Below, one piece after another: positions 18,630 through 28,623 of a DNA stretch of 64,000 bases. Both the position numbers and the translations under genes were made by a program. The notes under the pieces were generated by a model, which worked only from the letters and a program-made list of their open reading frames with translations, had not been told where the DNA came from and did no database searches. The stretch spans positions 2,528,001 to 2,592,000 of the forward strand of contig CAWIAD010000001.1 of assembly GCA_963833985.1 (NCBI GenBank). Reading direction: 5' to 3'. This stretch comes from an uncultured Planctomycetaceae bacterium. GTDB lineage: Bacteria; Planctomycetota; Planctomycetia; Isosphaerales; Isosphaeraceae. Position 1 is the first letter of the stretch. Each line of letters begins with the position of its first letter.

Positions 18630-19646
18630 TCACAGGGGCCAGCCCACGCACAGCCTTCGCTCCAGGCGTGCCAGGCCGCGAAGTACCCCTCGACCCACTG
18701 CGTCAGGATCCTCGAACCGGGTCCGGTCGAGAAAATGCCAGCGCAGCCAGTGACCCGCGATCAGGAGATCGCCGGCCGACTCGATCGCCGCCACCAGAAC
18801 GACTTCGGAAGGGTCCAGGGGCCGAACTTGCCGGTACGCCTCCAGGGCCAGGCCACGAAGCGGCAAGCCGGGAGGGATCCACGCGCCGATGAGCCGCGCC
18901 AGGTCCGTGGCCACGCTGTCAATTCCCATGGCCCCGAAGTCGATCACGCCGGTCAGCATCTCCCCCTCGAAGAGAAAATGCTCAGGACGCGCATCGCGCA
19001 GCACCGGCTGGAGGGGCACTTCCAGCCGCGCGGCGTCGCGCAGGGAGGGAAGCAGCCCGGGGATTGCCGCCCGTGCCAGGCCCACCCAGCGCAGGCCGGG
19101 GCCAGCCAGCGCGTCGGCCGGTGAGCGCTCCAGCAGAGCAGCAAGCTCATCGAGCCCACGGCCGGCCAGCGCCTCGATCTCGCTGATGCGGAGCCGCAGG
19201 CCAGGGCTGGCCTTGCGTTCCGACTGTGCGGAAATCCGCCGGTGCAGGCGGCCCAGGGCTCCGAAGGCCGAGCAAACGCGTGCCTGCGCGGGGGGGGTGT
19301 CCAGATCAGGACAACCCGGCAGCCAGGGAGCAAGCTCCCAGAATCGGCCCGCCTGGTGAAGCAGCGTGCGGCCGTCGCGCTGGCGCACCGGCACGGCGAC
19401 GGGAACCTGGTCAAGATCGGCCATGGCCTCCAGCCAGCCGTGGGTCCGTTCCAGTTGCCACCTGGCCGGCGGCTGCCAGACCTCGGGCCAGGCTCGCAGC
19501 ACCATCTCGCCGGCCGGGGAACGGTACTTCCAGAGCAGAGCGCCGCTGGTTCCCCCCGCGTTCCCGAGCCGCTGTATGGGGGAAAGCGGCTGGAATGGCG
19601 GGGAGTAATGCTCCAGAACGGCCATGGCCTCGCGATCGGGTATCAA
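18630..19646 (-). CDS. aminoglycoside/homoserine kinase type II-like phosphotransferase
   Basis: LRDARPEHFLF (Brenner-like motif), GVIDFGAM, DLARLIG. Confidence 0.8.
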   Translation of the reverse strand: MIPDREAMAVLEHYSPPFQPLSPIQRLGNAGGTSGALLWKYRSPAGEMVLRAWPEVWQPPARWQLERTHGWLEAMADLDQVPVAVPVRQRDGRTLLHQAGRFWELAPWLPGCPDLDTPPAQARVCSAFGALGRLHRRISAQSERKASPGLRLRISEIEALAGRGLDELAALLERSPADALAGPGLRWVGLARAAIPGLLPSLRDAARLEVPLQPVLRDARPEHFLFEGEMLTGVIDFGAMGIDSVATDLARLIGAWIPPGLPLRGLALEAYRQVRPLDPSEVVLVAAIESAGDLLIAGHWLRWHFLDRTRFEDPDAVGRGVLRGLARLERRLCVGWPL

Positions 19647-19658
19647 GGGAAGCGATTC

Positions 19659-20447
19659 TCAAGGGGGATTCTCGACCTCAGCCTCTGGTGTAAGCCCAAC
19701 CGGGTGGTCCGGCACCTTCGTCGAACGGGCCATCAGGTCCCGAAATGCCGCGTCAAAGCGGTGGCAGACCTCCGCCTGCACGGTCTTGTCGCCCGCCTGC
19801 CGCGGTTCAAAACCCGAAAGGTCGACCGGTTCACCGAAGATCACCACCGAGTGCGACGGTGTGATCAACGACTTGCCGATCATGTTCGTCTCCGGGGTCC
19901 CGCGAATGTAGGCGGGAATCACGGGAACGCCGGACCGCACAGCGAGGTACGCGGCCCCCGGCAAGATTGGACCGAGCTCCCGTCCGGAGCTGGGGGTGAT
20001 CCGGCCTTCGGGAAAGATGGGCAGCACACGCCCCGACTCGAGCCGCCGCAGCGCGGTCCGGATGGCCTGGAGGTCGCGACCGTCGCGGTTCACGGGAATG
20101 CACCCCACGCGCCTGGTGAACCAGTGAATCAGCGACCATTCATAGTATTCACGAGCGATGATGAAGCCCAGGATGCGCTGGCATCCGGCCTGGAGGATGA
20201 GATGATCAATCCCGCAGGTGTGGTTGGCGATGAGGATGGCCGGACCGTGCGCGGGCAAGGGCGCCCAGCCGTTGGTCCTGAGGCGGTGCCAGAGCCCGCA
20301 GTAGGCAATCACAGCCCAGTGCATGGGGCGCAGCGAGCCGTGTACCTCGGGCAGCAGGGGCGGCCCGGGAGCCGCCGGCTTGCTCAGCAGCAGGCGCGGC
20401 AGCAAGAGGATGAGCACCGAGAGCGAGAGCAGCAGCCAGCAACTCAT
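19659..20447 (-). CDS. plsC: 1-acyl-sn-glycerol-3-phosphate acyltransferase family
   Basis: ANHTCGID (NHx4D), IFPEGRI, GAAYLA..VPVIPAYI. Confidence 0.85.
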   Translation of the reverse strand: MSCWLLLSLSVLILLLPRLLLSKPAAPGPPLLPEVHGSLRPMHWAVIAYCGLWHRLRTNGWAPLPAHGPAILIANHTCGIDHLILQAGCQRILGFIIAREYYEWSLIHWFTRRVGCIPVNRDGRDLQAIRTALRRLESGRVLPIFPEGRITPSSGRELGPILPGAAYLAVRSGVPVIPAYIRGTPETNMIGKSLITPSHSVVIFGEPVDLSGFEPRQAGDKTVQAEVCHRFDAAFRDLMARSTKVPDHPVGLTPEAEVENPP

Positions 20448-20579
20448 GAGGGGCTCACGGGCAAGGAGAACAGGCGATGGCGTCCAGCGGCCGGTGCATT
20501 CGCCGGGAGTCATTCCTGGTAGTCGGGTCTGCAACGCAGGTGAGGCAACCCGACCGCGACCATGCGGGGCGGAACCGCG

Positions 20580-20857
20580 TCAGGCGGCCGCCTTGATCTC
20601 GCGCCCAGAAGCTCCGTCAGATCGCTGACCTGCTTCAGCTTCGGAATCTCGTCGAGGTCGATGGCGATGTGGTAGCGATCCTCGACCAGCATGATCACCC
20701 GGACCAGGTCCAGCGAGTCGAGAGTCAGCTCCTCCAGAAGCAGCGACTGCGGAGTGATCTGTGCGCTCCGTGATTTCGCCGAGACGTCGTGGATCAGACC
20801 GACGACGACCTGGAAGAGGTCGCTGGACGCTTCAACCACATTCGCTGATTTCATCAT
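20580..20857 (-). CDS. acyl carrier protein; probable frameshift near 20605
   Basis: ELTLDSLDLVRVIMLVEDRY phosphopantetheine site. Correcting one base gives the ending ..EIKAAA-stop at 20580. Confidence 0.85.
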
Positions 20858-21304
20858 AGATCGCCTCAATTCGATTCGGGAGCCGGCAAGCGTCGCATGC
20901 ATGGTTCAGAACGCCACCCCTTCGGCGACGGAAGTGAATGGAGCCGGTACCGCCCAGAAACGAGATGAGGAACAGGATGAGGCAGGACGACGCGACTCTG
21001 CAAGCCGACGTTTCTCGAAGATACCTCGGTTGTTCGGTGTGGAGAAATTCAGTCTTTTTGGGAATCTTGTCAAGCGCGATTCGTGCCGGCGCCGGCACAG
21101 TGCCAACATACGTATTTTTCCGGAGGAATCGACACTGGCTCGTTGATGGCTCCGGGAAAGCCCACTACAATAGGCGACCGTACAGGTGTGGCAGGTCGTC
21201 ATTCGCACGGTCGTTATCGCGTGCGGACCGGGGGTGCGAATCCCTCGTTCTTTGTGAGTTCTGGACGTCCTCGCCCGTCTGAGACCCCCTGAAGGAGCAA
21301 CACT

Positions 21305-21511
21305 GTGATCAAGACGTTGAAGTTTCAAGCGTTGGCGCTGGTTGCAAGCATGGGTCTGTGTGCGGCTCTCAGCGGCTGCAATCCTGAAGAGCCGGCCAAG
21401 CCAGTGACACCCGCCCCGTCTCCGTCGGCCAGCAAGCCGGCCCCCGCACCCGGCAAGACCGAGGCCAAGCCCGCACCTGCTCCGGCCCCCAAGCCTGAAG
21501 AGAAGAAGTAA
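21305..21511 (+). CDS. small Pro/Ala/Lys-rich lipoprotein
   Basis: AAGGAG RBS, signal peptide, lipobox LSGC, followed by a terminator. Confidence 0.8.
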   Translation: MIKTLKFQALALVASMGLCAALSGCNPEEPAKPVTPAPSPSASKPAPAPGKTEAKPAPAPAPKPEEKK

Positions 21512-21580
21512 TCCCAGGCCGACGTCCGCACTCGCCAATGGACCGTTTCGGCGTCGTTCATTCCGCGAATACCACTCTGG

Positions 21581-21622
21581 GAACAGGCCGCGTTTCTCGA
21601 AATGCGGCCTGTTTTCTTTTTC
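21581..21622 (+). terminator. intrinsic terminator
   Basis: GAACAGGCCGCGTTTC-TC-GAAATGCGGCCTGTTT hairpin followed by a T-rich tract; lies between convergent genes. Confidence 0.75.
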
Positions 21623-21625
21623 CCC

Positions 21626-22519
21626 TCACGACCGTAACCCATCTCCGCGACACTCACTTGCGACTGGGCCGCGGACCACCGCATTGGCCAGCGTGCCGAT
21701 GCCGTTGATCTCGATCCGCACCACGTCGCCCTCCTGCAAGCTGAAATCGTCATCCGGAACGATGCCGGTGCCGGTGAGCAGGACGGCTCCCTCCGGGAAG
21801 AGGTTGTCCCGGCCCAGCCAGCCGATCAACTCCTCGAAGGAACGCACCATCCGCGCGACCGAAGTCATGCCGCGAAATGCACTGATTCCGCCGCGTTGAA
21901 TCTCCAGGCGGATCTCGATATCCGCCACCCCCGGCATGAACGCGGACAGCGTGATGGCCGGGCCCAAGGCACAGCAACCGGCGTAAAGTTTGGCCTGGGG
22001 CAGGTAGAGCGGATTCTCGCCCTCGATATCGCGCGCGCTCACGTCGTTGCCAATGGTGTAGCCGACCAGCTTCAGGGCCGGCGAGATCACCAGTGCCAGC
22101 TCCGGCTCGGGTACGCACCAGTGGCTGTCGTTCCGGACCCGGATCGGCTGGTCCGGCCCCACGACCCGGCTGGGGGTTGCCTTGAAGAACAGCTCGGGCC
22201 GGGGTGCCCGATAGACCTGGTCATAGAATGTGCCGCCCTGTTCCGACTCTTCCTGGCGCGCCAGCTTGCTCCGCTCGTAGGTCACCCCCGCGCCCCAGAC
22301 CTCCTGGGCATCGATCGGTGCTTCCATGCGGATCGAAGCCACGTCGAACCGCTGCCGCGCCGCCTCCACGCCTTGCTGGACCTTGTGCAAAACGTCCTCT
22401 GCGTGCAAAATCGCCGACAGGGCCCCCGGCCCCGAGGCCAGGGGAACCACCGTGTCGCCGTCGATCAGCCCCGCCTGTGGGGCCGGGTCGGATCGGGTCG
22501 TGAACTTGATGAGGCGCAT
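21626..22519 (-). CDS. fumarylacetoacetate hydrolase family (2-keto-3-deoxy-pentonate dehydratase-like)
   Basis: [57 protein letters not shown]. Confidence 0.9.
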   Translation of the reverse strand: MRLIKFTTRSDPAPQAGLIDGDTVVPLASGPGALSAILHAEDVLHKVQQGVEAARQRFDVASIRMEAPIDAQEVWGAGVTYERSKLARQEESEQGGTFYDQVYRAPRPELFFKATPSRVVGPDQPIRVRNDSHWCVPEPELALVISPALKLVGYTIGNDVSARDIEGENPLYLPQAKLYAGCCALGPAITLSAFMPGVADIEIRLEIQRGGISAFRGMTSVARMVRSFEELIGWLGRDNLFPEGAVLLTGTGIVPDDDFSLQEGDVVRIEINGIGTLANAVVRGPVASECRGDGLRS

Positions 22520-22672
22520 GCTTGGAGCTCCCGGGTTGGTGCCGCTGGACCGCGGCCCTGCCCCCAGGTCCGCATGCCGGCCGCGGTTCTCGAACATCTT
22601 ACCACCTCCGCCCCACAGTCGCTGGCATCTGGCGGAGCGACCATCCCTACCCGTTGCATCCCAGGAGCTTGC

Positions 22673-23932
22673 ATGCGTCCCCGGATCCTGATCGTGGGCC
22701 ACGGCGCGGCGACCTGTCTGGGTCCTGACATGAACACCACCTGGCAGGGCCTGCTCGCCGGCCGATCGGGAATTGGCCGGCACGCCGCCCTTTCGTCCGA
22801 AGGGTGCCTCCAGGACATCGCGGGCATGGTCCCGGGGCTGCCGCCGGACGCGGGGACCGGCGACCGCACGTTGCAGAAGCTCTCCGCGCGCTTTCTGCCG
22901 CTGGCCATGAAGGCGGCCTGCGAGTCCTGGAGTGACGCCGGGCTCGACCGCCCTGGTGGAGCCGTCGATCCCGAACGCGTGGCCGTGGTCGTGGGCTCGG
23001 CGTTTGGCGGCGTTGACTTCCTGGAGGCTCAGCAGGCACGGATGCGCAGGCGGCAGGATGGTGCGGTCAGCCCCTTTCTGGTACCCGGGCTGCTGATCAA
23101 CCAGGCAGCCGGACAGATCGCCCAGCACTTGCGGCTGCTCGGGCCGGGGATCGCCCCCTCCAACGCCTGCGCAACCGGGGGGCACGCCATCATCCTGGGT
23201 GCCATGCTCCTCCGCTCCGGCGAGGCGGATCTGGCTCTCTGCGGCGCCAGCGAAAGCGCGTTCACGCCCGCCATCGTGAACGGCTTCGCGGGCATGAAGG
23301 CACTGCTTCAAAACAGGACGGGCGACCGCTGCGAGGCAGACCCCGGCCAGGCGAGCCGGCCGTTCAGCAGCGATCGAGCGGGGTTTGTCATGTCCGAAGG
23401 CGCGGGGATGCTGGTGCTGGCCACCGAGAGCGCGGTCCAGCGGCTTGGCCTGAAGCCGCAGGCCGAACTTCTGGGTCACGCCATGAATGCCGACGGTTAT
23501 CACATGGCGATGCCGAGCGAGCCGCGCATCACCGTGTGTGTTGCCGCGGCGCTTCGCAGCGCGGGTCTGGCGCCGGAGGCGGTCGATTATTACAACGCGC
23601 ACGGCACCAGCACGGTCATGAACGACCAGGTGGAGACGCGCGTCGTCAAGGCAGTCTTCGGCAATCACGCAAGACGGCTACCCGTCAGCTCCATCAAGGG
23701 AGCGCTCGGGCACGGCCTAGGCGCCGCCGCGGCCATCGAGGCTGCTGTGTGCGTGCGTGCACTTCAAGGGCAGGTGATTCCTCCGACCATCAACTTCAGG
23801 CGCGATCCGGAGCTCGACCTCGACTATGTTCCGGATGGACCGCGTCCGGGTCGTCTGACACGGATCATGAGCGCATCGTTTGGTTTTGGAGGGACCAACA
23901 ATGTTTTGATCTTCGGTGCGAGCCAACCGTGA
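22673..23932 (+). CDS. fabF: beta-ketoacyl-ACP synthase II
   Basis: [41 protein letters not shown]. Confidence 0.9.
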   Translation: MRPRILIVGHGAATCLGPDMNTTWQGLLAGRSGIGRHAALSSEGCLQDIAGMVPGLPPDAGTGDRTLQKLSARFLPLAMKAACESWSDAGLDRPGGAVDPERVAVVVGSAFGGVDFLEAQQARMRRRQDGAVSPFLVPGLLINQAAGQIAQHLRLLGPGIAPSNACATGGHAIILGAMLLRSGEADLALCGASESAFTPAIVNGFAGMKALLQNRTGDRCEADPGQASRPFSSDRAGFVMSEGAGMLVLATESAVQRLGLKPQAELLGHAMNADGYHMAMPSEPRITVCVAAALRSAGLAPEAVDYYNAHGTSTVMNDQVETRVVKAVFGNHARRLPVSSIKGALGHGLGAAAAIEAAVCVRALQGQVIPPTINFRRDPELDLDYVPDGPRPGRLTRIMSASFGFGGTNNVLIFGASQP

Positions 23933-24087
23933 TTCCAGAACAGATCAACGCATCGAAAAGAATCATCACGGCTCGGCCATTGTTTGCCGCCGGCTGTTGG
24001 ATCGCTTATACTGGAACGGCTGGCAGCGGGGTCGCCACCGGATTTATGAAAGCATGAATAGACTCACAGTCGAGAGAGGTCCTGCTG

Positions 24088-24651
24088 ATGGGAGTCAGTT
24101 CCGGCCGGGCCCGGGTGGCCGACCTTGCCTTTCAGGTCTTTGATCGCGCCGTCCATCCCGACTGGTTCGCGACGCGGGTCTACCGGCGCATTCCCCAATC
24201 GCGCTGGGAGGCTGGTGTGCGGATCATTGAAGGGGGCCACGCCGTGATCTTCGGCACGGGCAAGATCCGGCTCACCGAGGTTCTCTCCGGCCCCGAGACC
24301 CCACTTCCGGAGCCGGGCTTGCTGTTCCATTCAGCCATCCGGACCGAGCGTTCCGCCAGCCTTTTTCCGGGCGGTCTCGTCGAGTACCAGGCGTGCTTCG
24401 AAGTGGAGCGCGTTGAGGGCGAAGTGTTCCGGCACCTTTGCGAGGAGCTGGTCGCGGACGATTCGCGGCAGATCCTCGCTCATCGTTTCGGCTCGTCGAA
24501 CCGGCTGGCTCCCGCACCGCTTTCGCAGGTGTACATCGAGGCACGGGTTCGCGGCCTGTCGATCCAGTCGTTTCATACCTTTCCCGATGAGTGCGCCATC
24601 GTGCGCTCGCAATCGCTTTACGAGCTGGTGTGCGTGCCCCCGAAGCACTGA
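24088..24651 (+). CDS. DUF2617-like protein
   Basis: RAVHPDWF, FHTFPDECAIVRSQSLYE; GAGG RBS. Confidence 0.7.
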   Translation: MGVSSGRARVADLAFQVFDRAVHPDWFATRVYRRIPQSRWEAGVRIIEGGHAVIFGTGKIRLTEVLSGPETPLPEPGLLFHSAIRTERSASLFPGGLVEYQACFEVERVEGEVFRHLCEELVADDSRQILAHRFGSSNRLAPAPLSQVYIEARVRGLSIQSFHTFPDECAIVRSQSLYELVCVPPKH

Positions 24652-25005
24652 GCCGCTCATCGCCCCCGCGGCCCAGCGAGTATTGCGACGGGATTGACAA
24701 TTGCAGGAACTGATCGAGGCCGGCCAGGCCGGCCCAGATTATTGCTGAGCCCGGTCGCTCTGGCGCGCACGGGGGCTCGCTGTTGCATCAACAATCAAAG
24801 CAGGTTAAGATCCGGCTCGCATCGTGGGTCGAGAGGCCATCCTCCTTTCCCACTCGATGAGCGCGGCTCTTTCTCTTGTCGGCCAGTGACATCGGACAGA
24901 AGCAGCGCGGCTGCGTGCGAGCCGTGCAGTGGCGCCCGGCGAGCGCAACCTCTCTCGACCGCGAGCGAAGGTGGGATGACAGCGAATCATCCCCGGAGGC
25001 GACCG

Positions 25006-25290
25006 ATGGAACGGATGGAACACATCCGCGGCAAGATTCTCGATGGCGAGCAGACGGTCCTCGATCCCGTCGACGGTTACCTCGCCTGCCATGAGCACAA
25101 GGGCCGCAAGACGTACTATGGCTACTTCGAGATGGCGTCCGAGGCGCTCAAGGTCCTCAGCCACAGCACATGCTATCGCATGGTCCTGAGCGACGGTCGG
25201 AAGGCCGACATCTACACGGAGATCGTACCCAGCAACATTGCGGGCAAGTCGATCGCCGAATTCCACATCAGTGGGTTTCTCAGGAAATGA
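25006..25290 (+). CDS. small hypothetical beta-rich protein
   Basis: GGAGG RBS; high GC3 codon usage; MERMEHIRGKILDG..YRMVLSDGRKADI. Confidence 0.7.
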   Translation: MERMEHIRGKILDGEQTVLDPVDGYLACHEHKGRKTYYGYFEMASEALKVLSHSTCYRMVLSDGRKADIYTEIVPSNIAGKSIAEFHISGFLRK

Positions 25291-26066
25291 GCGGCAAGAC
25301 GGATTGCGCAGAAAACTTCCCGGACACGAATCCGCTGCAATCAGGCGTTGCTTGCGGCCATCGCACCGAGGTGGTTTGCCAGAGCGCGGTCCGCGGAGCT
25401 TCGTGCCCTCTTGCACCGGGGCGCGGCCTGGTCATCCATCAGGGCCGCGCGCCGCTTCGCCTTCATGCCTGAACTCTATGCTTAAATTCGAACATTTTTA
25501 AGAAGGCACCGTCTTGCCGATCGCGGGACAAACTCTAGACAATGCGATTTCGTCAGTCGCGCAGGTTGATGCGATTGCTCATCGGCGGCGAGCCAGGGCG
25601 GAGATTTCCGTATCCTGCGACTGCGAGAGTCCAGGACGGAAACCGATACTTTGTTTACGATACCGGGAGAGCGGGGTTGCGAGCGAAGCAAGCGAGACGC
25701 CAGGCTCGGCTGGAACGCCGAGGAGACGGCCTTGCTCGATGCACCCGGCTGCGGGGAATGGCTACTGTTCACACGAACGTCAAAGCGGTCTCATGGAAAG
25801 CTCACGGGCCGTCGGACCGGCCCCTTTTCAACGAAAAAGCGGAGCCTCGGGAAATTTTTTTATTGAGGCGTCCAACAGGTCCTAAGTGATGAAGATACCA
25901 CGCTCCGGTGATGCCATAGCGACGTCGCAAGCAGGTCGCACGGAAGGCGTCTCGGAGAGAATTCGGTTGGCTATGTTCGTCCAGGCGGGTATTCTGCGTT
26001 CGTCCGGACGAGGGGTGCTGCCGGAATATCCGGTCAGCGATTCGGCATCCGAGGAGCATTGCCACG

Positions 26067-27251
26067 ATGCCTCATCTGTCCCGAATCGACCGTGTCCGAG
26101 GTTGTCTGCTGGGTCTGGCCATCGGCGATGCGCTCGGCGCGCCGCTGGAGGGGCTGACCATGCAGCAAATCAAGACGCACTACGGTCGCGTGAAGAATTA
26201 CGTCGACGGCGTTCAGGCCTGGAAACGCAAGCCTTACCGCTGGCGGCTCCGCGGACTCTATTCCGACGATACCCAGCAAGCCCTTGCCATTTGTGACGTC
26301 CTGCTCGAGCTGGGACGGATTGACCAGGAGCGCCTGGCGGACCATTACCTGGCGCTGGCCACCCCCAAGGGCGCTTTCCTGGGCGCTTATCGCGGCATCG
26401 GCCGCACTCTGCGCCAGGTGATCATCGACCTTCAGCACGGGGTGCCCCCGCGGCGCTGCGGGCAGAAGAGCGCTGGCATCGGCGCGGCGATGCGCATTGC
26501 CCCGGTCGCTCTCCATTTTGGCGAGAATCAGCCCGAGATGGTCGGATCGGTGCTGGCTGCCAGCATCATGACCCATCGCGACATCCGCAGTCTGAGCGGC
26601 GCCCTCACGGTGGCTCACGCCATTCGGCGGCTCGCCGCCGGCGCAGCGCGTGAGCCCAGCATGCTGCTCTGGATCGCCGCCGACGTGGCACGCGACGAAT
26701 CCCGCATTCCGCGGGAATGCGGCGACCTGGTGATCGGATATGACCGCCACGCCAGGGCGCTCTCACGCGCCATCGCGCACGTCGAGTCGATTCTCGACCT
26801 GCCCCGAGACCGTGCCCTCGCTGCCCTGGTCGACGAGGCCAACCGCCATGGGGCGGAGCCGATCTGTCGCCGCCCGACCATGGGCTTCCCGCCGGCCTGC
26901 ATTCCCACCTGCCTCTACCTGCTGCTCACCACCGATAGCTTTGAGGAAGCGCTCACCGAGGTCATCAACCTGGGTGGAGACACGGACACCGCCGGAGCGA
27001 TTCTGGGTGCCATGGCCGGGGCCCATTACGGGCTCGCACAGATTCCCAGGCGCTGGCTCGACGGGCTCCAGAATCGAGCCGGCATCGATGCCCGGGCCAC
27101 CGCCCTCGCGCAAGGCTCTCCGCATGGTATCGAGATCCCGGAACTGGTCGCGACCGAGCATGAGCTCAGCCGCAAGGAAGAGCTTTATCTGGAGCAGCAT
27201 GCGTCGTGCTCCCGCAACGGCGGCGACCGGGGCGCCAACCAGGTGATCTGA
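26067..27251 (+). CDS. ADP-ribosylglycohydrolase family protein
   Basis: GCLLGLAIGDALGAPLE, YSDDTQQA, GIGAAMRIAP, GGDTDTAGAILGAMAGA. Confidence 0.93.
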   Translation: MPHLSRIDRVRGCLLGLAIGDALGAPLEGLTMQQIKTHYGRVKNYVDGVQAWKRKPYRWRLRGLYSDDTQQALAICDVLLELGRIDQERLADHYLALATPKGAFLGAYRGIGRTLRQVIIDLQHGVPPRRCGQKSAGIGAAMRIAPVALHFGENQPEMVGSVLAASIMTHRDIRSLSGALTVAHAIRRLAAGAAREPSMLLWIAADVARDESRIPRECGDLVIGYDRHARALSRAIAHVESILDLPRDRALAALVDEANRHGAEPICRRPTMGFPPACIPTCLYLLLTTDSFEEALTEVINLGGDTDTAGAILGAMAGAHYGLAQIPRRWLDGLQNRAGIDARATALAQGSPHGIEIPELVATEHELSRKEELYLEQHASCSRNGGDRGANQVI

Positions 27252-27542
27252 GCCGCGCCGGCTGCCCGTGCAAACGAACGGGCGGTCGAAGGGATCGCTC
27301 AAGGCGCCCGCAAGCGGCCGTCGAGCGCATTCCCTCACCGCTGGCTGTGGCCCTGGCACATCGTGCTCTTTCGCTCGCCGGCGATTTGGAGTACGCTCAC
27401 TGGAGTGCGAAGACCCGGTGGTCCGGGACACGCACCTGTTCGGTCAGGTCGATTGCCGACCGACCCGCTTCGGACTCTTCCCACCTGGTTGGCAGCCTGA
27501 CGTCAGCCCGCTTGATCTCGGCCCCGGGGAGGCCGCCCAGCG

Positions 27543-28067
27543 ATGAGCCGGAGCCATGGCGATCTGGTCCGCAAAAAGTTGCACGAAGCCGAAGGCTATC
27601 TCGACCTCGACCTCCCGCAGCATTGCCTGCGTATCCTCGGCAGCCGGACCGACTGGCCTGGCCTGCAATTCGAGGCCTGCCTGATCAAGGGTGAAGCCTT
27701 GCGCCGGCTGAACCGGTACCGCGAAGCGATCGTCCCGCTCGAAACAGCGGCCAGTCTGCGCCCCAGCGACACAGGTGTCGCCCTGGCCCTGGGCTGGTGC
27801 TACAAGCGCACCAATCGTCTGGCACAAGCCATTGACTCGCTGGAAGCAGCACGCCGCACCCACCCAGACAATGCACTTCTGCATTATAACCTGGCGTGCT
27901 ACTGGAGCCTTGCCAGCAACTTCCCGCGCGCCCTCGATGAGCTACACGCCGCGCTGGAGCTTGATCCCGGACTGCGCACGCGCCTCGCGGACGAGCCGGA
28001 TTTTCAGCCGCTCCGCGGCAACCCCGATTTCGAGCGGTTGGTGATGGGCTCAACCCCTCACACGTGA
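27543..28067 (+). CDS. TPR protein
   Basis: EAEGYLDL, ALGWCYKR, HYNLACYWSL..DEPDF. Confidence 0.88.
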   Translation: MSRSHGDLVRKKLHEAEGYLDLDLPQHCLRILGSRTDWPGLQFEACLIKGEALRRLNRYREAIVPLETAASLRPSDTGVALALGWCYKRTNRLAQAIDSLEAARRTHPDNALLHYNLACYWSLASNFPRALDELHAALELDPGLRTRLADEPDFQPLRGNPDFERLVMGSTPHT

Positions 28068-28165
28068 GCCAGCCGAGGCTCTGGACGGCGCGATGGTGGG
28101 GTTCGGCAGCGCAGCGGATCAGGGCCGCGTCCGCCCGGTACAGGAAGGAGGAGACGTAAGCCGCT

Positions 28166-28489
28166 TCAGCACTCGTCGAGTACGCGCTGGGTGATGGCCT
28201 TCTCGCACAGCTTGCACCATTTCCAGCGCTTGGAGCCGACGACCTCGTCGAGGTGTTTGTGAGCCACCCGGACGCTCCGGAACCAGATCTTGGTCTCGTG
28301 CTCGCCAATCTTGTCCAGCTTCGGACAACGGGCAAAATGCAGCAGGTTGGTCGTCGTAGAAGGTTGCCCCTTGCTCTTGGCGACGTTCACGCTACCGTGA
28401 AAGATGAATCCGATGGCTTCCAGACGCGTTTCCCAGAAATCTTCAGCGGACTCGAGGGAACGAATCGCAGTCTGTTCCTGGATCGGCAT
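28166..28489 (-). CDS. small hypothetical protein with putative Zn site
   Basis: LLHFARCPKL..WKWCKLC; coding-like codon usage. Confidence 0.65.
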   Translation of the reverse strand: MPIQEQTAIRSLESAEDFWETRLEAIGFIFHGSVNVAKSKGQPSTTTNLLHFARCPKLDKIGEHETKIWFRSVRVAHKHLDEVVGSKRWKWCKLCEKAITQRVLDEC

Positions 28490-28623
28490 TTAAGTGTTCC
28501 CATCACCACAGGATCGCAGCAAATTCTGATCGATCTACCTTAACCGAAACGGGACGGAGACGCAAGACAGGGTAACGGCGCACCCCCGTCTCGCAGTCGA
28601 TCCAGCACGAAGGTCGTGATCTC

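Noticed and set aside
21626..23932. Two overlapping ~680-aa ORFs suggesting fusion proteins
   Set aside because: Each is a real gene (FAH on minus, fabF on plus) extended by antisense read-through of its divergent neighbour. The real starts, with RBS, are at 22519 and 22673.
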